DNA from: an uncultured Sphingomonadales bacterium
Lineage (GTDB): Bacteria; Pseudomonadota; Alphaproteobacteria; Sphingomonadales; CAKZYD01
Reading direction: 5' to 3'
DNA length: 64,000 bases
NCBI GenBank assembly: GCA_964590595.1
Contig: CAZPXQ010000001.1
Span: 198,410 to 262,409 of the forward strand
Position numbers and translations under genes: made by a program
In this document: piece after piece, positions 10,889-21,111 of the stretch
Layout: the number at the start of each line of letters is the position of its first letter
Numbering within the stretch: position 1 is the first letter of the stretch
The notes under the pieces: generated by a model
Database searches by the model: none
Seen by the model: the letters and a program-made list of their open reading frames with translations, nothing else
Told to the model about the DNA's origin: nothing

Positions 10889-11701
10889 TCAGGCGGCGTC
10901 GAGCCGGCCGCTATTGGCGCGGCGCAGGCCGCCGGCGACGGCTTGCTGGCAATGCTGCGCCAGCGCCTTGCGCGAGCCGAAATCCGACAGCCGCACGGGG
11001 GGGTGAAACTGCACCATCGCCCGCAATCGGCCAAGCCGCATGACCTCGCGAAAATGCGGGCCAAACTCATCCTCGCCAATCCAGGCGACCTTATAGCGCC
11101 CGGCCCGTGACATCGGCAAGCCATTGACGTGGGTATAAGCCAGGCTGACCGGCTGAATCCGCAAATCCTGCGGCCCGCCGCCGTCGGCGCGTTTCAGCGC
11201 CGCGTCCTCGGCGACCGCGAATAGCGAGGTCTTGAACGGCAAGACCGCATTGCCGCTGGTCGACGTGCCTTCCGGGAACAGGATGATATTGTCGCCGGCG
11301 GCCAGCCGCGCGGCGATTTCGTCGCGCTGTTCGCCAATGCGCTGACGGGCGCCGCGCTCGACATAGATGGTCCGCTGCATCGCCGCCAATTTGCCCATCA
11401 GCCCCATGTCGCCAACTTCGGTCTTGGCGACGAAACTGGCCGGAATGGTGCTGCCTAAAACCGGGATGTCGAGCCAGGAAATATGATTGGCGACAAACAG
11501 CACGCCACCGCCCCTGACACGCTCGCCGGCATGGCGCACGTCTACTCCGGCGATGCGGCAAAATACCCGATGGATGAAACGCGGCATCGCCGCGGCACCG
11601 CGCGGCGCCATGTTGATCACCGCCATTTGCGGCGCAAGACACACCGCGACCGTGGCTCCGGTCCCGGCGACGACACGCGCTATCTTGAAATCCATCTGCA
11701 C
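10889..11701 (-). CDS. Lysophospholipid / 1-acyl-sn-glycerol-3-phosphate acyltransferase family protein
   Basis: Acyltransferase motifs NHISWLD and FPEGTS. The start codon was not verified. Confidence 0.8.
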   Translation of the reverse strand: MQMDFKIARVVAGTGATVAVCLAPQMAVINMAPRGAAAMPRFIHRVFCRIAGVDVRHAGERVRGGGVLFVANHISWLDIPVLGSTIPASFVAKTEVGDMGLMGKLAAMQRTIYVERGARQRIGEQRDEIAARLAAGDNIILFPEGTSTSGNAVLPFKTSLFAVAEDAALKRADGGGPQDLRIQPVSLAYTHVNGLPMSRAGRYKVAWIGEDEFGPHFREVMRLGRLRAMVQFHPPVRLSDFGSRKALAQHCQQAVAGGLRRANSGRLDAA

Positions 11702-11728
11702 GGTCCGCTCATTGCCGGGGCGCGCGGC

Positions 11729-12154
11729 TCAGTTGCCGCCGTCATTGCGGCGGCGGCGGCCATAAAGCTCCAGCCGGTGGTCGACCAGGTCAAATCCCAG
11801 CTTGACAGCGATTTCGCGCTGCAAGGCCTCGATCCGTTCATCCTGAAATTCCAGCACTTCGCCGGTCTCGACATCGATCAAATGATCGTGATGCTGGTCT
11901 CCCGCTGGCTCATAGCGGGAGCGGCCGTCGCGAAAATCATGGCGTTCGAGAATGCCCGCCTCCTCGAACAGGCGGACGGTGCGATAGACCGTGGCGATGG
12001 AGATATTGTCATCCACCGCGATCGCCCGGCGATAAACCTCCTCGACATCGGGATGATCGTCAGACATCGACAGCACGCGCGCGATGACCCGCCTTTGGTC
12101 GGTCATCCGCATGCCTTTTTCGACGCAAAGCTGTTCGATATCCGTCATCGTCAT
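11729..12154 (-). CDS. fur: Fur-family metalloregulator
   Basis: Winged-helix segment ISIATVYRTVRLFEEAGIL plus HHDHLID metal-site motif. The track ORF begins at a TTG (12175); I prefer the ATG at 12154. Confidence 0.85.
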   Translation of the reverse strand: MTMTDIEQLCVEKGMRMTDQRRVIARVLSMSDDHPDVEEVYRRAIAVDDNISIATVYRTVRLFEEAGILERHDFRDGRSRYEPAGDQHHDHLIDVETGEVLEFQDERIEALQREIAVKLGFDLVDHRLELYGRRRRNDGGN

Positions 12155-12246
12155 TTTCCGCTCATTCCCGTTCAACGCCGAATCCAGTGCGCGACGTCTA
12201 TTCTAGGGGACCGCCGCGCCGAGGCCAAGCCAACTCTACGCGCGGC

Positions 12247-12666
12247 CTATTTGCGGCCGCGCCGCCGCGCCGTGCCAAGGCCGATCTTTTTCGCCAGCTT
12301 GCGGCGTTGTTCGGCGTAATTGGGCGCCACCATCGGATAATCCGCCGGCAGGCCCCAGCGTTCACGATATTCGTCCGGCGACATATTATATTGGGTTTTG
12401 AGATGGCGCTTGAGCATTTTCAACTTTTTGCCGTCTTCCAGGCAAATGATATGTTCCGGCGTCACCGAGCGCCGCACTGGCACCGCCGGTTCCGGGCGTT
12501 CTTCCGCAAGCGGCGTTGGCGAGCTGATTCGCATCAATGTGTGATAGACGGATTCAATCAGTGGCGGCACGTCGCTGACCGCCACCATGTTGTTGGATAC
12601 ATGCGAGGACACGATATCCGCCGTCAGGCTGAGCAGGTCCTCGCGTTGGCTATTGCTGTCGTTCAT
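12247..12666 (-). CDS. mucR: Ros/MucR-family zinc-finger transcriptional regulator
   Basis: ICLEDGKKLKMLKRHLKTQYNMSPDEYRERWGLPADYPMVAPNY is the Ros/MucR signature. 139 aa. Confidence 0.93.
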   Translation of the reverse strand: MNDSNSQREDLLSLTADIVSSHVSNNMVAVSDVPPLIESVYHTLMRISSPTPLAEERPEPAVPVRRSVTPEHIICLEDGKKLKMLKRHLKTQYNMSPDEYRERWGLPADYPMVAPNYAEQRRKLAKKIGLGTARRRGRK

Positions 12667-12930
12667 GCGTTTTCGGTCCTTGTTCCGGTGCCGTCAATGC
12701 CCATGCTCCGATCATGCTATGGCATCGACCGGCGGGCGGGATGGTTCCAGGCGATGACGATGGATGTTCAAAAACGGCTCATTATAAACATCATAAACAT
12801 TCCGCCTTATAATATTGATCAAGGCATGATTTGATCAATCGTCATCAGGCATGAATTGTACGTGCCGAATACGAATCTAAGTAATGCCCGTCAACCTGTA
12901 TTTCATTTATTTGCGACTGGCGGTGGATTT

Positions 12931-13425
12931 TCAGTGGCGCCCGTCTTGCAGATGGCACACCAAGGTCAGCGCATCGCGCGGCGCGCCTTGGCCGGACTGG
13001 TAATAGCCCGGACGGCGGCCGCAAATCGCGAAGCCGGCCACCCGATACAGGCTCAAGGCGGCGTCATTGTCGGCCCGCACTTCCAGATGCAGGCGGTTGA
13101 TGCCGGCCGCCCGCGCCGCCTGCCGCACCGCCGCCAGCAAGGCGGTCCCGACACCCTGGCGGCGATAATCGGGCCGCACGCCAACCAACAGCAATTCTGC
13201 TTCTTCCAGCAACAGCCGGCATAGCGCAAACCCAGCGGGCTGGGGATTGGCGGCGTCGCCGGCCAGCGCCAGCCAAGCCCGGATATAAGGCTGGTCCAGA
13301 AAGGCGATCACATCGGCACCGCCCCAACCGTCGCCAAGCGCGGGGTCGAAACAGGATTCCGCCAAGGCCGCGACCAGGCCATGATGGGCGCTGGACACCG
13401 GATCGATGCGTTGCAGGCTGGCCAT
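12931..13425 (-). CDS. rimI: Ribosomal-protein-alanine N-acetyltransferase (GNAT)
   Basis: GNAT acetyl-CoA motif VRPDYRRQGVGTALL. Directly downstream of tsaB. I use the ATG at 13425 (MASLQRI...) because the longer track ORF overlaps tsaB. Confidence 0.8.
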   Translation of the reverse strand: MASLQRIDPVSSAHHGLVAALAESCFDPALGDGWGGADVIAFLDQPYIRAWLALAGDAANPQPAGFALCRLLLEEAELLLVGVRPDYRRQGVGTALLAAVRQAARAAGINRLHLEVRADNDAALSLYRVAGFAICGRRPGYYQSGQGAPRDALTLVCHLQDGRH

Positions 13426-13445
13426 CGCCGCGCGGCTCCCCGGGC

Positions 13446-14147
13446 TTAACCGCCAGCCGATGCCGCCGGCGCCAGCGGCGTCGGGCGCGGCGGCTTGGCG
13501 TCGGGCGCGCGCAGATAAAAGGGATGTACGTGATCGCCGGCGCTGGCTTGGCCGGTTTGCGCCAGCAGCGCCAGCACCCGGCAATCGGGCAACGGGTCAT
13601 GGTCGGGCCAGCGCGCGGGGTCAAGGCCCAAGGCGCCTGGGTCGGCGCCGGTGCCCAAAACCGCGCCATCGTCGGTGGCCAGCCACCGCGCGGCATCGGC
13701 AACCGCCATCACGCGGGCTTGGTCCATGGCACGCGGGCGCTGCCCGGCGGTGGCCGGCGGGGCAAAGCGCTGGGCATAGACTTCGCCGCGGCGGGCGTCT
13801 TGCAGCACCGTACAGGCCTCAGCCCCGCCATGGGCGTAATACCCCGCTGCCACCGCTTCCAGGCAGGTCATCGGCACCAGCGCGCAGCCGGTGGCCAGGG
13901 CAATGCCGCGCGCCGCCGCCACGCCAACGCGGACGCCGGTGAAACTGCCCGGGCCGGTGGTCACCGCCAGGCGTTCCATAGCGTTCAGCTCCAGTCCGGC
14001 GGCCTCGCAGGCCATCGCCACCATCGGCAGCAGCGCTTCGGCATGGCCGCGGGCCATGTCCTCGGCGATATAGGCGAGGATCTGCGGCCCATCTGCCACC
14101 GCCACGGCGCAGCGGGTCATCGCGGTGTCGATCGCCATCGCGCGCAT
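13446..14147 (-). CDS. tsaB: tRNA threonylcarbamoyladenosine biosynthesis protein TsaB
   Basis: M22-like inactive-peptidase fold: AIDTA...CAVAV and VTTGPGSFTGVRVGVAAARG. Paired with rimI. Confidence 0.88.
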   Translation of the reverse strand: MRAMAIDTAMTRCAVAVADGPQILAYIAEDMARGHAEALLPMVAMACEAAGLELNAMERLAVTTGPGSFTGVRVGVAAARGIALATGCALVPMTCLEAVAAGYYAHGGAEACTVLQDARRGEVYAQRFAPPATAGQRPRAMDQARVMAVADAARWLATDDGAVLGTGADPGALGLDPARWPDHDPLPDCRVLALLAQTGQASAGDHVHPFYLRAPDAKPPRPTPLAPAASAGG

Positions 14148-14159
14148 TGGCGGCGGCGC

Positions 14160-14753
14160 CTAGAGGATTTTGCAGGCGTCGTCGAACGCCAGCCGTGGAT
14201 GCCGTGGAAACAGCTTGTCTTGGGTGCCTTCGCCCAGCGAGCACAGGAAATTCGACTTCAAACTGGTGCCGGCGAAAAACAATTCATCGACCTTGGCCTT
14301 GTCGAAGCCCGACATCGGGCCACAGTCCAGGCCGAGGGCGCGGGCGGCGATAATTAGATAGGCGCCTTGCAAGGTTGAATTGCGGAAAGCCGTTTCCTCG
14401 GCCATTTCGGCGCTGGAGGTGAACCAGTTCTTGGCCTCGGGCGCGTGCGGGAACAATTCCGGCAGCCGCTCGTAAAACTGGCTGTCATAAGCGATGATCG
14501 CGGTCACCGGCGCCGTCATCACTTTGTCGACATTGCCGCTGGACAACGCCGGCTTCAGCTTTTCCTTGGCTTCTTGCGACTTAATGAAGAAAAACCGCGC
14601 CGGGCTGCAATTGGCGCTGGTGGGACCCCAGCGCAGCAAATCATAAATCGCCTGGATGGTGACGTCCGACACCTCGGTCGCGGCCCAACTATTATAGGAC
14701 CGGGCCGAACGGAAGATTGTATCGAGATCCTGATCGCTTAAGATCGTCTTCAT
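14160..14753 (-). CDS. Nitroreductase-family protein, malonic semialdehyde reductase RutE-like
   Basis: 197 aa from the ATG at 14753. ARSYNSW...[13 protein letters not shown] is typical of the RutE/YdjA-like nitroreductase fold. Confidence 0.75.
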   Translation of the reverse strand: MKTILSDQDLDTIFRSARSYNSWAATEVSDVTIQAIYDLLRWGPTSANCSPARFFFIKSQEAKEKLKPALSSGNVDKVMTAPVTAIIAYDSQFYERLPELFPHAPEAKNWFTSSAEMAEETAFRNSTLQGAYLIIAARALGLDCGPMSGFDKAKVDELFFAGTSLKSNFLCSLGEGTQDKLFPRHPRLAFDDACKIL

Positions 14754-15858
14754 GATGAGCCTATCCTTCCTTGCGCAGACATCCATTGGCTTGGCTTCTA
14801 GCATCTTGGCCGGGCTGCTCAAAGCTTTTGCCGCCGCCTTGATCGTGCCGGGGGCGTCAGCGGTGGCGATGGCGTCGCCGCCGGCCCCGTCCGGGGCGGC
14901 GCCGGAGGCGGTGATTTTGCTCTATCACCGCTTTGGCGAAGATGACCTGCCGTCCACCAATATCCGGCTTGACCAGTTTGATGCCCAGCTTGATTGGCTG
15001 GCCGAACAAGGCGCCCATTTCATCAGTCTCGACACGCTGCTGACCGCGTTTGAGCAGGGCCGGCCCTTGCCCGATTTTTCCATCGCGATCACCGCCGACG
15101 ACGCCTATCGCAGCATCGCCGAACAGGCCTGGCCAAGGCTGAAGGCGCGCGGCATTCCGCTGACGCTGTTTGTCGCCACCGACGCGGTCAGCCGTGGCCA
15201 AGGCCGCTATCTGGATTGGGACGGCGTGCGGGCGCTGGCCGGTGACGGCGTCAGCATCGGCCATCATGGCGCCACGCATGCGCATATGGCGGGCTTGAGC
15301 CCGGCGGCGGCGCGCACCGACCTTAAAGCCGCGAACGCTGTCTTCAAGCGCGAATTGGGCCAGGCGCCCAGCCTGCTGGCCTATCCTTATGGCGAATATG
15401 ACCCGGCGCTGGCGGGTGTGGCCCGTGCGCTGGGTTTTCGCGCCGCCTTCGCGCAGTTTTCATCGGTCGCGACGGCGGCCAGTGCGCGGTTCGCGCTGCC
15501 GCGTTTCCCGATCAATGAAAATTTTGGCCGAATGGAACGCTTCCGCTTGGTGGCGCGGGCGCGGGCCTTGCCGGTGGCGGCGTTCCAGCCGGAAGACCCC
15601 TGGGTCGGCGATCATAACCCGCCAGCGATGCGGCTGGTGCTTGGGGCCGATGCCAGCGCCTTCGAGCGGTTGACCTGCTATGCCTCCACCGGGCCCGACG
15701 CGGTGCCATTGGCCCGCGACGGCCAGACCGTGCGGCTGCTGTTGAAGACGCCATTTCCGCCCGGCCGTGGCCGCGTCAATTGCACGCATCCCGGGCCGGA
15801 CGGACGCTGGTATTGGTTTGGACGTCCGGTATTCGTGGCTGGCGGCGCGGCGGACTGA
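14752..15858 (+). CDS. Polysaccharide deacetylase (NodB homology) family protein, probably exported
   Basis: LLYHRFGED...ITADDAY...HGATHAHM motifs and a signal-peptide-like N-terminus. The start is uncertain because the ATG at 14752 overlaps the divergent rutE-like start. Confidence 0.75.
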   Translation: MMSLSFLAQTSIGLASSILAGLLKAFAAALIVPGASAVAMASPPAPSGAAPEAVILLYHRFGEDDLPSTNIRLDQFDAQLDWLAEQGAHFISLDTLLTAFEQGRPLPDFSIAITADDAYRSIAEQAWPRLKARGIPLTLFVATDAVSRGQGRYLDWDGVRALAGDGVSIGHHGATHAHMAGLSPAAARTDLKAANAVFKRELGQAPSLLAYPYGEYDPALAGVARALGFRAAFAQFSSVATAASARFALPRFPINENFGRMERFRLVARARALPVAAFQPEDPWVGDHNPPAMRLVLGADASAFERLTCYASTGPDAVPLARDGQTVRLLLKTPFPPGRGRVNCTHPGPDGRWYWFGRPVFVAGGAAD

Positions 15859-15866
15859 TTGGGGGG

Positions 15867-17069
15867 ATGGAGAAAAGCCAAATGGGCAAGGCAGACCATG
15901 CGCCGATCCCGCGTTACCGGCCTTTTGCCGGGCCGGTGTTGTTCGCGCATGGTTTCAGGCCGTTTTTCCTGGCTGCCGCGCTATGGGCGCCGGTTGCGCT
16001 GCTGCTGTTTCTGGGCCTGTTCCTGGGCTGGACCCGCTGGCCGGCGCTGGCCGATCCGATCGCTTGGCATCATCATGAATTGCTCTTTGGTTTCGTGGCG
16101 GCGGCGGTGGCGGGTTTTACCTTGACCGCGATTCCCAATTGGACCGGCCGATTGCCCTTGCAAGGCCGGCCGCTGATGCTACTGGCCGGGCTGTGGCTGG
16201 CCGGCCGCGCCGCTATGCTGCTGGCGCCAGCGCTGCCGGCCTGGCTGGTGGCGGTGGTGGATCTGGCGTTCCTGGCCGCCTTGCTGATCGTCGCTGGGCG
16301 CGAGATCGTCGCCGGGCGCAACTGGCGCAATCTGCCGATCATGCTGGCGATTGGCCTGTTGCTGCTGGCGCATGGGCTGGCCCATGCCGATTCCGCCGTG
16401 ACCGGCTTGGCGCATCGGCTGGCGATTGCGGTCATCATCACCCTGATCGCACTGATCGGCGGGCGGATCATTCCCAGCTTCACCCATAATTGGCTGCTCA
16501 AACAGCGCGCGGCGGTGTTGCCGGTCGCCTTCAACCGCTTTGATCGGGCGTGCCTGCTGTTGACCGCGCTGGCACTGCTGGCCTGGGCCGGCTGGCCCGA
16601 CGGCCTGGCCACCGCCTGGTTGCTGGCGGTGGCGGCGGTGCTGAATGCCCTGCGCCTGGCCCGCTGGCAAGGCTGGCGGACCGCTTCCAATGCATTGTTG
16701 TGGATGCTCCATGTCAGCTATGCCTGGGTGCCGCTGGGCCTGGCCCTGTTGGCCGCCAGCCATTGGCTGCCTGGTTTCAGCCCCACCGCCGGCATTCACG
16801 CGCTAACGGCCGGCGCGATGGCCGGCATGATCCTGGCGGTGATGAGCCGGGCGACCCTGGGCCACACCGGCCGGGCATTGGTGGCGCCGCCGGGCTTGAC
16901 CCTGGCTTATGGCCTGATCCTGGTGGCTGACCTGATGCGGGTGTTGGCCAGCGTGTTGAACGCGGCCTATTTGCCCTTGTTGCTGGTCGCTGCGCTGGCG
17001 TGGTTGGCGGCTTTTGGCTTATTCCTGGCGGTGTGCGGGCCGATGCTGCTGCGGCCGCGCCTGGATTAG
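15867..17069 (+). CDS. nnrS: NnrS-family haem/copper membrane protein
   Basis: Polytopic membrane protein with N-terminus [17 protein letters not shown] and the conserved His pattern of NnrS. The start is either ATG 15867 or ATG 15882 (the latter has GGAGAA 8 nt upstream). Confidence 0.85.
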   Translation: MEKSQMGKADHAPIPRYRPFAGPVLFAHGFRPFFLAAALWAPVALLLFLGLFLGWTRWPALADPIAWHHHELLFGFVAAAVAGFTLTAIPNWTGRLPLQGRPLMLLAGLWLAGRAAMLLAPALPAWLVAVVDLAFLAALLIVAGREIVAGRNWRNLPIMLAIGLLLLAHGLAHADSAVTGLAHRLAIAVIITLIALIGGRIIPSFTHNWLLKQRAAVLPVAFNRFDRACLLLTALALLAWAGWPDGLATAWLLAVAAVLNALRLARWQGWRTASNALLWMLHVSYAWVPLGLALLAASHWLPGFSPTAGIHALTAGAMAGMILAVMSRATLGHTGRALVAPPGLTLAYGLILVADLMRVLASVLNAAYLPLLLVAALAWLAAFGLFLAVCGPMLLRPRLD

Positions 17070-17086
17070 GGAAAGGACGGGGCCAG

Positions 17087-18580
17087 GTGCTGAAACTGCG
17101 CCGCATCGGCATTGATACCTACCGCGACAATGTCGCCTTCCTGGCCCGGCGCTGCAGCGCCTACCGGCCCGAGGAATTTCAGGCGCTGAAAAAGATCGAA
17201 GTCATGAACGGTGGCGCCCGGCTGCTGGCCAGTCTGATGATCGTCGATGATGAAGCGATTGTCGGGCGCGATGAGTTGGGCTTGTCGGAACAAGCCTTCG
17301 CGCGGCTCAAACTGCCGGAAGGCGCGTTGGTCGAAATCGCGCCGGCGGTGCCGCCTCACAGCCTTGATCATGTCCGCGCCAAAATTCACGGCCATGCCCT
17401 GAGCCCGCGCGAGATTGAGGCGATCATCCACGACATCGCCGCGCACCGCTATTCGGAAATGGAAATCGCGGCCTTTCTGGTATCCTCGGCCGGGTTTTTG
17501 ACCACCGATGAAATGCTGGCGATGACCCGGGCAATGGCGGCTGCTGGCACCAGCCTGTCCTGGCCCGACCGGCTGGTGGTGGACAAGCATTGCATTGGCG
17601 GCGTGCCGGGCAATCGGTCCTCGATGATCGTGGTGCCGATCGTCGCCGCCCATGGGCTTACCATCCCCAAGACATCCTCGCGCGCCATCACCTCGCCCGC
17701 CGGCACCGCCGACACCATGGAGGTGCTGGCCAATGTCGATCTTGACATCGCGGCGATGCAGCAGGTGGTGCGGGACTGCCATGGCTGCCTGGTTTGGGGT
17801 GGGCATGTCAATCTGTCGCCCGCCGACGATATCCTGATCGCGGTCGAGCGGCCCTTGTCGATCGATACCCGCGAGCAGATGGTGGCCTCCATCCTGTCGA
17901 AAAAATTGGCCGCCGGTTCGACCCATTTGATCATCGACATTCCGGTCGGGCCCACCGCCAAGGTGCGCAGTCATGGCGACGCCCAACGCTTGCGCAAATT
18001 ATTTGAATATGTTGGCGACGCCATCGGCCTGCATTTGGAAGTGGTGTTGACCGATGGCAGCCAGCCGGTTGGTCGCGGCATCGGCCCGGTGCTGGAAGCC
18101 CGCGACGTGATGGCGGTGCTGCGCAATGACCCCGATGCGCCCGTCGACCTCGCCGCCCGCGCTGTCGATCTGGCCGGCCATGTGTTGGAATTCGACCCCG
18201 CCTTGCGCGGCGGCCGTGGCCGTGGGCGGGCCGAGGCCTTGTTGCGCTCCGGCGCCGCGCTGGCGGCGATGGAACGAATCATCGACGCCCAGGGTCGCAA
18301 CCCGATGACCCATGAACTGGGCGCTCTGTCGCGCGAGGTGGTGTCCTCGGCCGATGGGGTGGTGGCCAGCATTGACTGTTTGCGGCTGGCGCGGGTCGCG
18401 CGCTTGGCCGGCGCGCCGATGGACAAGGGCGCGGGCATCGACCTGTTGAAAAAGGTCGGCGACCGGGTTGAGGCCGGTGAAGCGCTCTACCGCATTCACG
18501 CCTGTGTCGAATCCGACTTTCGTTTCGCCAATGATTATTGCGACCATGATCATGGCTATAGCATTGGACCCGCCGCATGA
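17087..18580 (+). CDS. Thymidine-phosphorylase-family protein of the long type (AMP-phosphorylase-like architecture)
   Basis: GTG at 17087 preceded by GAAAGGA. About 90 aa of N-terminal extension, then the glycosyltransferase family 3 helical domain and core ([26 protein letters not shown]), then the C-terminal PYNP domain. 497 aa. Confidence 0.85.
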   Translation: MLKLRRIGIDTYRDNVAFLARRCSAYRPEEFQALKKIEVMNGGARLLASLMIVDDEAIVGRDELGLSEQAFARLKLPEGALVEIAPAVPPHSLDHVRAKIHGHALSPREIEAIIHDIAAHRYSEMEIAAFLVSSAGFLTTDEMLAMTRAMAAAGTSLSWPDRLVVDKHCIGGVPGNRSSMIVVPIVAAHGLTIPKTSSRAITSPAGTADTMEVLANVDLDIAAMQQVVRDCHGCLVWGGHVNLSPADDILIAVERPLSIDTREQMVASILSKKLAAGSTHLIIDIPVGPTAKVRSHGDAQRLRKLFEYVGDAIGLHLEVVLTDGSQPVGRGIGPVLEARDVMAVLRNDPDAPVDLAARAVDLAGHVLEFDPALRGGRGRGRAEALLRSGAALAAMERIIDAQGRNPMTHELGALSREVVSSADGVVASIDCLRLARVARLAGAPMDKGAGIDLLKKVGDRVEAGEALYRIHACVESDFRFANDYCDHDHGYSIGPAA

Positions 18581-19470
18581 CCGACGCCCAGCTTTATTAC
18601 CTGCCTGGCCAACACGCCCCGGCCGAGGCCTTGGCCAAGGCGTTGCGGATCGCCGCCCGGCCCATTCATGTCCGCCGCTTTCCCGATGGCGAAAGCCTGG
18701 TTCGGGTCGACCCGCCGCCGGCCACGGCGATTCTTTATGCCAGCCTCGACCGGCCTAATGAAAAGCTGATCGAACTGATTTTGGCCGCCGCCGCCCTGGC
18801 CGACAATGGCGCCCGGCGGTTGGTTCTGGTGGCGCCTTATCTTTGCTATATGCGCCAGGACATGGCGTTCGCGCCGGGCGAGGCGGTCAGCCAGCGTGTT
18901 ATCGGCGCGCTGTTGGCGCAACGCTTTGACCGGGTGATCGCGGTCGACCCGCATCTGCACCGCACCGACGATCTGGCCTCGGTGTTTCCCGGCATCGAGG
19001 CCGACGCGCTGACAGCGACCGGCTTGATTGCCGATATGCTGCGCCGCCAGGGCGTGGGGCGCGACACCCTGCTGGTAGGCCCCGATGCCGAATCCCGGCA
19101 ATGGGTGGAACGGGTGGCCGCGCCGCTGGATCTTGAATTGCTGATTGGCGAAAAACAGCGCCATGGCGACCGAGATGTCGACATCGACATCGTTGACGTT
19201 GAGCGTGCGCGCGGCCGGCCAGTGGTCCTGATCGATGACGTAGTGTCCTCGGGCATGACCGTGGCGCGCTGCGCCAAGCGGCTGCGCCAAGCCGGCGTTG
19301 GTCAGATCAAGCTTGTCACCGTCCATGCCTTGATCAGCGCCGCCGATTGGGCCCTGGTTCAGGCCGCCGGGGTCGACGACATCTGCTCCAGCGACAGTGT
19401 CGCCCATCCTTCCAACGGCTTTTCGCTGGCGCCGCTGTTGGCGGCGGCGCTAGCGGGGGAAGGGGCATGA
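18577..19470 (+). CDS. Ribose-phosphate pyrophosphokinase (PRPP synthetase)-like protein
   Basis: Motifs [21 protein letters not shown] and the PRPP loop [17 protein letters not shown] overlap with the upstream gene. Confidence 0.85.
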   Translation: MTDAQLYYLPGQHAPAEALAKALRIAARPIHVRRFPDGESLVRVDPPPATAILYASLDRPNEKLIELILAAAALADNGARRLVLVAPYLCYMRQDMAFAPGEAVSQRVIGALLAQRFDRVIAVDPHLHRTDDLASVFPGIEADALTATGLIADMLRRQGVGRDTLLVGPDAESRQWVERVAAPLDLELLIGEKQRHGDRDVDIDIVDVERARGRPVVLIDDVVSSGMTVARCAKRLRQAGVGQIKLVTVHALISAADWALVQAAGVDDICSSDSVAHPSNGFSLAPLLAAALAGEGA

Positions 19471-21065
19471 GCGTCAGCCTGCAATTTTGCGGCGCCGCTG
19501 GCACCGTGACCGGCTCCTGCTATTGGCTGCGTGCCGAAAATTGCCAGTTCCTCGTCGATTGCGGCATGTTTCAAGGCTCGAAAACCTTGAAGGCGCTGAA
19601 TTATGGTGCCTTCCCCTTCGATCCCAAGGCGATCGACTTTGTGCTCATCACCCATGCCCATGCCGATCATGCGGCGCTGCTGCCCAAGCTTTATGCCCAG
19701 GGCTTTCGGGGGCCGGTTTATCTGACCGCCGGCTCGCGCGACCTGTTGGCCTTCATGTTGCCCGACAGCGCCTATATCCAAGAAACGGAAGTGGCGCAGC
19801 TCAACCGCCGCAATCTGCGCCGCGGGGTGCGGCCGGTCGCGCCGATCTATACCGCCGATGATGCCGCGCGCTGCCAAGAGCAGTTCCGCTGCGTTGATTA
19901 TGAACGTTGGGTTGAGCCTGGCGACGGCATCCGCGCCCGGTTTTGGAATGCCGGGCATATTCTCGGTGCTGCCTCGATCGAACTGGAAATCGCGGTGGCG
20001 CCGCCGCCGCAGCGGCGACTGCGCTTGTTGTTTTCAGGAGACATAGGGCCAGAACATAAATTATTTCATCCCGACCCACAGGCGCCGAATAATTTCGACT
20101 ATGTGATTTGCGAATCGACCTATGGCGGCCGCGTTCGTGAGGACGCATCGCCCACGCGCAGGCGCGCCGTGTTGGCCGACGAGATCAACCAGGCGATGGC
20201 CCGCAACGGTACCCTGGTCATTCCCGCCTTTGCGGTTGAGCGCACCCAAGAATTGCTGCTCGACCTGGCGGCGCTGTTAGACGATGGCGCGATCCCGGCG
20301 GTGCCGGTGTTTCTGGACTCGCCACTGGCGATCCGGGTGACTAGCGCCTTTGGCCGCCATTTGGACGCGCTGGAGGATGTCGAGGGGCCGGCCAATCCGT
20401 TCAGCCACCCCAGCTTTCATTTCACCGGCACGGTCGAGGAAAGCAAGGCCATCAACCGTTATTCAGGGCCCAAGATCGTGCTGGCGGCGTCTGGCATGTG
20501 CGAGGCTGGGCGGGTGCGCCATCATCTCAAGGAGCATTTATGGCGCGACAACGCCACCGTGTTGATCGTCGGCTATCAAGCGCCAGGGACCTTGGGCGCT
20601 TTATTGCTGGCCGGCGCCAAGGCTGTGCGCATTCAAGGCGAGCCGTTGGAGGTTCACGCCCAGATCCGCAGCATCGATGTCTATTCCGGTCATGCCGATG
20701 GCGACCAATTGATCGCCTGGATGCGTGAACGCCTGCCGATCAAGCGCGCGGTGTTCCTCACCCATGGCGAGGCGGATGCGCTGGCGGCGCTGCGCCAGGG
20801 CCTGGAAGCCCTGGGCCTGCCGCCGGACCGCATTTTGGTGCCGCAACTCGACGATGTCTACGACCTGCTGGCCAGCCGCGCCAACGCCAAGATCCGCAAG
20901 GCGCCGCGCCGGCTCGACCCCAAGCTGGTCGGCAAGCCCGACTGGCACAATGACCTCGCCCAATTCACCCTCGACCTGCGCGCGCAACTCGACCAAGCCG
21001 CCGGCGACAAACGCCGCCAAGCCCTGCTCCGCCGTCTCCGCCGGGTGCTGGAACGCCAAAGCTGA
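19467..21065 (+). CDS. MBL-fold metallo-hydrolase with a beta-CASP / RNA-metabolising domain
   Basis: N-terminus LQFCGAAGTVTGSC, motif HAHADH, beta-CASP region and C-terminal HGE motif. ATG at 19467 overlaps the upstream stop (ATGA). 532 aa. Confidence 0.85.
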   Translation: MSVSLQFCGAAGTVTGSCYWLRAENCQFLVDCGMFQGSKTLKALNYGAFPFDPKAIDFVLITHAHADHAALLPKLYAQGFRGPVYLTAGSRDLLAFMLPDSAYIQETEVAQLNRRNLRRGVRPVAPIYTADDAARCQEQFRCVDYERWVEPGDGIRARFWNAGHILGAASIELEIAVAPPPQRRLRLLFSGDIGPEHKLFHPDPQAPNNFDYVICESTYGGRVREDASPTRRRAVLADEINQAMARNGTLVIPAFAVERTQELLLDLAALLDDGAIPAVPVFLDSPLAIRVTSAFGRHLDALEDVEGPANPFSHPSFHFTGTVEESKAINRYSGPKIVLAASGMCEAGRVRHHLKEHLWRDNATVLIVGYQAPGTLGALLLAGAKAVRIQGEPLEVHAQIRSIDVYSGHADGDQLIAWMRERLPIKRAVFLTHGEADALAALRQGLEALGLPPDRILVPQLDDVYDLLASRANAKIRKAPRRLDPKLVGKPDWHNDLAQFTLDLRAQLDQAAGDKRRQALLRRLRRVLERQS

Positions 21066-21111
21066 AGCAAGGCGGCAATGCGGGAGCGTGACGCAAGTGT
21101 TGCGCATCTGA

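Noticed and set aside
19347-19466. 40-aa N-terminal extension of the beta-CASP ORF.
   Set aside because: It lies inside the Prs-like gene. The ATG at 19467 gives the canonical N-terminus ([18 protein letters not shown]) and an ATGA coupling overlap.
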